From Octopus bimaculoides (Eukaryota), in the NCBI RefSeq assembly GCF_001194135.2, contig NC_068982.1:2246329-2287128 (forward strand): 40,800 nucleotides of DNA, in the 5' to 3' direction. The translations under genes and the position numbers were made by a program. The notes beneath the pieces were generated by a model. That model was not told the DNA's origin, made no database searches, and worked only from the letters and a program-made list of their open reading frames with translations. Positions 34,716-40,800 of the stretch are shown here, in pieces (position 1 is the first letter of the stretch; every line of letters starts with the position of its first letter).

Positions 34716-35829
34716 GGCTAGGCTATTTATTAATAATGAATTCTTCTGGACATGCTTCCATAAGAACGTAAAATTTCAAAAACTACAAATAAGATACAAC
34801 TGAATTTAAACACGATAACAATTTTGACGATAAACTTTGACGCACGATCGATCTCCAGACGCAGAGCCTAATTTCTAACCTTTTGAGTTTCCTCCATTTA
34901 CTTAATGAAGCCATTCTCCATTTTTTACCTAATACATATTTTAGATTTCTTTTGCCTCCTTATTCCCCAGGTCCCAACTCAGATTAGCGTTGACGTTGGT
35001 AAAAAGGAAAACAAAAATCTTACTTTTCACTCTACAATACTTGTGAATAATCATTGATCTAGAATTAACCCGTTTCCCAATTATCACGAAAATAATTTCC
35101 GTGCTTCATAAAAATTCTGCATGGTGATCTGTTCTGACAAAAAACTACATTTAGAAACACTGGAAAATATGTGAGTTTAACATAACAACATATATAATTA
35201 CATGATTGCATGATATTGTGAACATATAAGAGTGTTACGTACTGCAATAATGTGTTATAATTCTTATAATATTTTTATCAATTTTATGCTTTTACTATTT
35301 TAATATCCATTTATATTTATTTTTATAGAAACTTATTTAGTGTATTTTATGTGAAGAAGCATACATTAGTGTCAGTGAACGTCATCTATAATATTTATCA
35401 TCAGGGAAATTATTTGCAGAAACGTGTATAAACGGAGCGAACACAAATATTCAACCGTGATGTTTTACAATTTGACAACTTACAAGTCACTGTCAGATTT
35501 AGATGGAATTCCAAAGTCAACCAGAACGTAACCATATAAAACCAACCTCTACCTCCACACCAGATGCCTGGCTTTCTAAATTATAATTATAATACATATG
35601 TATTTTACTTATTTTAAAAACCATGGTTACCCAGCTGCAGTTCTCTCTCTATAATCAGTTATATATTCTGAATCATTCACAGTACATTTCTTAACTAGTG
35701 TGAGGTATGCTGAAGTAAAATTCAAGTAAGCAGGTGTTTAGTGTTCCTTCTTGTAATCGTGTGCAGATACGTCAATGTATGCATTATGTATGTATACATA
35801 CGAATCAAGTACCTCCTCCTACAAACCAG

Positions 35830-36030
35830 ACACACAGAGAGCAACGACCTCATTCTCCACAGGTTCATACTTTCTAAGCCTTCTCTTAATCTCCTCATTC
35901 CTCATTCTCTCTCCTTCAACCTCGAACAACCACTGTGCACTCTCTTCATCCATCCAAATCGGTCTTGTGCCTCTCCCTTTCAATTAACAACTGAAATTCT
36001 GTGTCAGAGTAATTCTGAGGCAGTCCTTGA
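35830..36030 (-). mobile_element. Possible very old RTE LINE 3'-end remnant
   Basis: A minus frame reads GRGTRPIWMDEESAQWLFEVEGER, loosely like the RTE RLRW..MDE...VEG.R region. The similarity is weak. Confidence 0.35.
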
Positions 36031-36207
36031 ACCCCATTTTAGATTAACGTGGATTATGTAATAGAATGTGCAAGACTTTCGCAGGGATTAAGAGTCATGC
36101 AAGGGCCTCACTTTGCATCAACATTGCCTCATTTCAATGATTATTTCTGGCAATGGCTTTGCTCGAATACGAGACAGCAGCTAAGATGCATGCATATATA
36201 TGTAAAC

Positions 36208-36243
36208 GATATCTATCTATCTATCTATCTATCTATCTCTCTA

Positions 36244-36315
<72 letters not shown>

Positions 36316-36410
36316 CATACATACATACATACATACATACATACAAACATACATACATACATACATACATACATACATACATACACATACGCACACGCAC
36401 ACACATGTAT
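36208..36410. repeat. Compound (ATCT)(CT)(AT)(ACAT) microsatellite
   Basis: Seen directly. Confidence 0.97.
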
Positions 36411-36714
36411 AAGAAAATGAAATTTAAAAAAAGAGGAATAATCAATTATTTTATGAATTTCATTAGCACATTATTCACGTGAAGCCTTAAATTCCGGCAC
36501 CAACCATATTGTCCCAGCATATTAAAGAATGGATGTAGTGGTGAGATTCCAAAAGTTCCTAAGACTAATCCCGAAATTATCCTCTACAAATCAAATCGTA
36601 TCCAAAACAGACACTAATTTGTGCCATGGTCTCTCTAAAAAAAAAACAAGAGAAATTGGGAACTCCAGTCAGAGGCAAGACAGTCCGAAGGCTTTCTATC
36701 TCAAAATTTGAAAA

Positions 36715-36800
36715 CATATGTGTACTTGTGTGTGTGTGTGTTTGTGTGTGTTTGTTTGTGTGTGTTTGTGTGTGTGTGCGTGTGTGTTTGTGTACGCACA
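36715..36800. repeat. Imperfect (TG)n
   Basis: Seen directly. Confidence 0.95.
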
Positions 36801-37434
36801 GGTGAGCACATAAGTGCAAAACAAGATGGAAAAAATAGTACTCGAATACCAAAGATAGAGTAGTATGCTTTTTTTTATTATTAAAGGTGCAAAATTATCA
36901 GAGAACTGTTTCACATTCCCGTTCGTCGGACTGCTGTGATGAAAATTGAATTAAAACCCTTCTGGTTTATGCGGTATATTGCTATGTAATTCAAGTACAC
37001 GGAAAAAAACATTCAAATTTGATTGGACAGTTGGTTTTCAAAAGTTAACGGTTACCAGTTGCATGTTTGGGATGGGTGAAAATTACCAGCAATGTATGCA
37101 TAAATATCAATATTATGATAAGATCGAAAAAATCTTGCTTAGAGCTGACAGAGAAGTCCAGAAATTAATTAATTAATTAGTTGATAATAATTGATTAATG
37201 TTGAAGTGGGATCTAGAGACGGGTGCTGAAAATTGGATAAAACAAATAAATGATATAAAAATCAATAAATACAAAATTCAGTAGCGAATATAGAGTTTAT
37301 AACTAAATATACATAGCTAAAAACATATACAGGCGTATGTAATTACATTTGTAGACGCATTCATGGCACAGTCTCTACATACAGAAAAGCATCGACGCAT
37401 ACATATACATATGCAAACGCGTACAGATGCATAT

Positions 37435-37567
37435 ATTTATCTATTTATTGCCCACAAAGGGCTAAACATAGAGGGGACAAACAAGGATAAATAAAGGGAT
37501 TAAGTCGATTACATCGACCCCAGTGCGTAACTGGTACTTATTTAATCGGCCCCGAAAGGATGAAAGG
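37435..37567 (-). mobile_element. SINE family A 3' half with the alternative tail
   Basis: tattgcccacaaagggctaaacatagaggggacaaac...aagtcgattacatcgaccccagtgcgtaactggtacttatttaatcggccccgaaaggatgaaagg. Confidence 0.92.
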
Positions 37568-37694
37568 TTATGGTATTTTCGACCTGACGTGTAGCTAGCG
37601 GATTATCCCTCGTTTGGGTAATTACTAGTTTCGAGGTTCTGCTGTTTATCGTACATATGTAGACTGAATTTTATCTACTCTGTTCCCTAATTTT

Positions 37695-37696
<2 letters not shown>

Positions 37697-37730
<34 letters not shown>

Positions 37731-37865
37731 CATATTTATATACGTATACGCATTCACACACATGTAAGAAGCATAAAGACAGATGCTTCTACAGGCTCCC
37801 ACCATTATTTGTGCATGTATATATGTTTGTATGTATGTATGTATGTATGTATGTATGTATATACG
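37697..37865. repeat. (AT)n and (GTAT)n microsatellites
   Basis: Seen directly. Confidence 0.9.
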
Positions 37866-38439
37866 TTTAGGAATTTAAACTAGATACATGTAAAGTGCAT
37901 TTGTGTGTTTCAATCTTGTATATACTATAATTTGCACAACAAATATATGTAAGTAGATCAATGAAAAAGTACACCTAATCTATGAAGTACGAAACAGCGA
38001 GGTGAGTATTATGAGAAAAAAATTGAATAATAGAATAATGTTATTTTAAGGAGAAAAAACGAATAAGATTGAATTATGCAGTTATTGAATAACCCTATTG
38101 AATAAATGTTATAAATGATAACAATGTGAGATGATAAGATAATGAATGAGTAGGTCTGACAATGCCTTCAATATGTACAATGACAATGAATTTCCCTGTG
38201 GACATTTGTGTGGAATTAAAAAATAAGAATTAAGAGTTCTGTTGTGAAAAGCCATGGATAAAGTTTAGTATAGTTGGGCTTAAAAACTGGGGGAGGAGTT
38301 CGAATCTATCGACTATCGAGATAGCTTACGAAGCTATTTGTTACTGGTTTTAAATTTTTTATTGTGTATGTTGGAAGAGACGGTGATTTATTCGGTGGGA
38401 ATGAGAAATTGCTAGGACAAAAGATTTGCTATCCGTAGG

Positions 38440-39085
38440 GGCTGGTTTGACATTTCATGAGGCACCTATTGACTTTTGGGCTTAGAGCATGTTTGTCCTG
38501 GAAAAGAAGATGAAAGTTTTCACTCAGGCATAAATTCCATCATATAGCTATTCTGAATACTCCGTGCCTGTGACTGAATGTCCCGTGCCTTTTCCAAGAC
38601 TTTTCCAGTAGATTTTGCACATTAATAACTGTTTCTTTCAAATGGCGTACATGCTTGCCTAGGTTCATCGCAGATCTGTTTTATGGATATTTGAAAAGGG
38701 GTGCCTATGTTGATAAATCTCATTTGGAAAAGAAATATCTGTCCATCCTGTGTACGTCTTGTATTTACCTGTGTTCTGTATTTCGACTTTGGTTCGGGAA
38801 AACTACGTCATTAATTAGACAAGTTTCCTTAGAGGACATCAACGTTGGTCTTTGAAATTATATTTATGGTTCTTTCCTTCAGCGGTGCCGTTATTTTTGT
38901 TTAGTATTTTTGTGTTGTGATTTATTTGAGGGCGAATTTCTTGCAAAAAGAATAGCTGACCTTAATAGTTCTCCTATTAAAGATTCTATGGTATTTATGG
39001 CTGACTGGAAAATATCTTGAGACTAAATTTTAAAAGTCTTTACCTACATTAGTTTTAACGTAGAGAATAAAAGCCCAAATACTAA
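38440..39085 (-). mobile_element. Penelope-like element: C-terminal linker plus GIY-YIG endonuclease, decayed
   Basis: Minus strand, with stops and frameshifts: [39 protein letters not shown]...HNTKILNK...CPL..CLINDVV.RTKVE...KTYTGWTD...YQHRH...DKHAL...RC. This follows the VKTN.GK.F...FP..HK..IFN..T.K.SYSC / CPL..CL...VVY / YIG / H order known from Neptune-type PLEs. Confidence 0.85.
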
Positions 39086-39119
39086 GTGTATGAGACAAAA
39101 CAAAAAATATAGAATAGAT

Positions 39120-39370
39120 TACCAGTCGATGATATTAGTTTTGCCTCCCAGAGGATTTGAAAGGATTCGGTGATATGTTTCGAAAATTGTCCTTTATAGA
39201 ATAGAAACACCGTTCGGAGGAATGACCAGGTGAAAAGAAAACATAAGCGACGAAATGGGAAAAACACTTAAAACGAACAACCTCAGTCAGAAAAACCTGA
39301 TGGCGTTGATGAATATGATTAATTGCCGACTGTCCGAAAATAGCGAGGAGAATAAATGGGATAATTTTTG
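39120..39370 (+). mobile_element. Probable PLE RT/thumb fragment in the opposite orientation to the GIY-YIG part
   Basis: Plus strand: VDDI...RI*KDSVICFENCPL, then KNLMALMNMINCRLSENSEE. These resemble the PLE RIRKD....F.N.GL and LP.MIN.RLS..S.NE motifs as I recall them; highly degenerate. Confidence 0.45.
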
Positions 39371-39654
39371 GCAGAAGAGAGTAAACAGATATGTATTCAT
39401 ATTATTGGTTGTATATATAGTTGCGAGCATAAATATGTCAGTGTGCGAGGTGCATGGAGAAGCAGTTTGTGCTTGTGTGCCATACGAGTATGTGCATTTA
39501 TATCTGTGTATGTACATGTATTCGTTTGACTGAATGTGTATATGTGTGTATAGGTGCAAGTGTTAAATGTTCATGGCCCTGTGTGAGAGAGTTTCTGCTT
39601 AAGGTAGTACTTCTTTACATATTCTATTCCATACAACTACGGTTATATATAGAA

Positions 39655-39727
39655 TGTATATATGCGTGTGTGTGTGTGTGCGTATATGTTTGTATAGATA
39701 CATGCATAAATACATACGTGTATATAC

Positions 39728-39768
<41 letters not shown>

Positions 39769-39780
39769 AGCGTGAATTTG
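39655..39780. repeat. (TG)/(TA) compound microsatellite
   Basis: Seen directly. Confidence 0.95.
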
Positions 39781-40699
39781 TGTGGGAGTGTGTACAAAGT
39801 TTCACATACATTGTCACATACGCCTACATACATTTGTATATTCCCAAAATTTGTCTAAATTAGTAATATAACCACAACATCATATTAACGATTAAACCAA
39901 ACACGTTCTGATTTTTCTCTCGATGAATATTATTTAAATCCCTCATTTTTCTTCCGTCTCTCAAACTTTCATACACATTTCCCCTTTTTCTTCGGTTTGC
40001 AATTCATTTTCCCTTTCTGGCGCTCCTGTTTCTTTGTTTCGTTCTCTTTCGCCCACATACACAATTATACGAAAACCTTTCTTAGTTTATACCAAAATTA
40101 ACCGAAGGCTATCGTATTGTTACCAACTTTACAGTTTTGAATTCTTTGCTATCCATTGGGTCTCCAACGCACCGAATTCCATTAAAAGTAGAAGACATTT
40201 TAATGTTAATGAGGAACCTCAAAATTCTTCGGTGATGCAATGGAATTCAACCGCTGGATTCAAAAGTAATCCTTCCAATTATGCAGCCCATATTTTTTAT
40301 TCATTCTTTTACGAGAGAAGATACTTTTATACCCAGGAAACCTTTAACACCATCGAACAGAGAACTAATTTTCATTTGGAAAGACAGCAGTTCCCAGGAA
40401 AACTCAGGTGTGTTATGTCCCTACATTTATCACAAGTACAAATTGTATATACTGCAGGAATATAACTCAAGCAAAGTTGTCTTTATGAACCGCTTTAACA
40501 TCCTCTTAATCACTTTGATTTTTCTCGTGGAAAATGTGTAGCATTGTTGATAAGGATGCTTCTGATTCATAGTCAATAGTTAATGAGAGGGAAAGAAACT
40601 AAATAAGAGACATTGTGTTGAACAATGAGAAGTTTTCAAGTGTTACGCGAGTATATATATAGCACGTTTAAACAGTGTTAGAGAGGGTTCCATTCGATA

Positions 40700-40712
40700 T
40701 GTTCACACACGC

Positions 40713-40770
<58 letters not shown>

Positions 40771-40800
40771 GTATACATATATATATATATATATATATAT
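40700..40800. repeat. (TG)n(TA)n at the window end
   Basis: Seen directly. Confidence 0.97.

Noticed and set aside
36979-37176. 65-aa ORF ending HKYQYYDKIEKILLRADREVQKLIN
   Set aside because: No recognisable domain or splice signals; cannot be supported as coding.
1-40800. Many ORF-track entries rich in CV, HT, YI, LSIY or X
   Set aside because: They are translations of microsatellites and N-gaps, not genes.

Overview
This is AT-rich, microsatellite-dense, gapped eukaryotic DNA (8 N-gaps, mostly beside simple repeats). The SINE complement looks like octopus (coleoid cephalopod) sequence; this is recognition from memory, not a database result. I find no supportable host protein-coding gene, and nearly all ORF-track entries are microsatellite or N-gap artefacts. 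The window is intronic or intergenic DNA made of decayed mobile elements. These include about 25 copies or fragments of three tRNA-derived SINE families, a ~2.3 kb CR1-like LINE remnant, an RTE reverse-transcriptase remnant joined to a SINE head, and a frameshifted mariner. Also present are a Tigger/pogo-type MITE with TA target duplication, a CRE-like endonuclease remnant, and a Penelope-like (GIY-YIG) element with an apparently inverted RT part. The least explained structure is a diverged ~250-bp tandem array at 7255-8290. Each unit carries a minus-strand tRNA-like module, and unit 3 still has a 73-nt tRNA-sized fold with a perfect T-arm.
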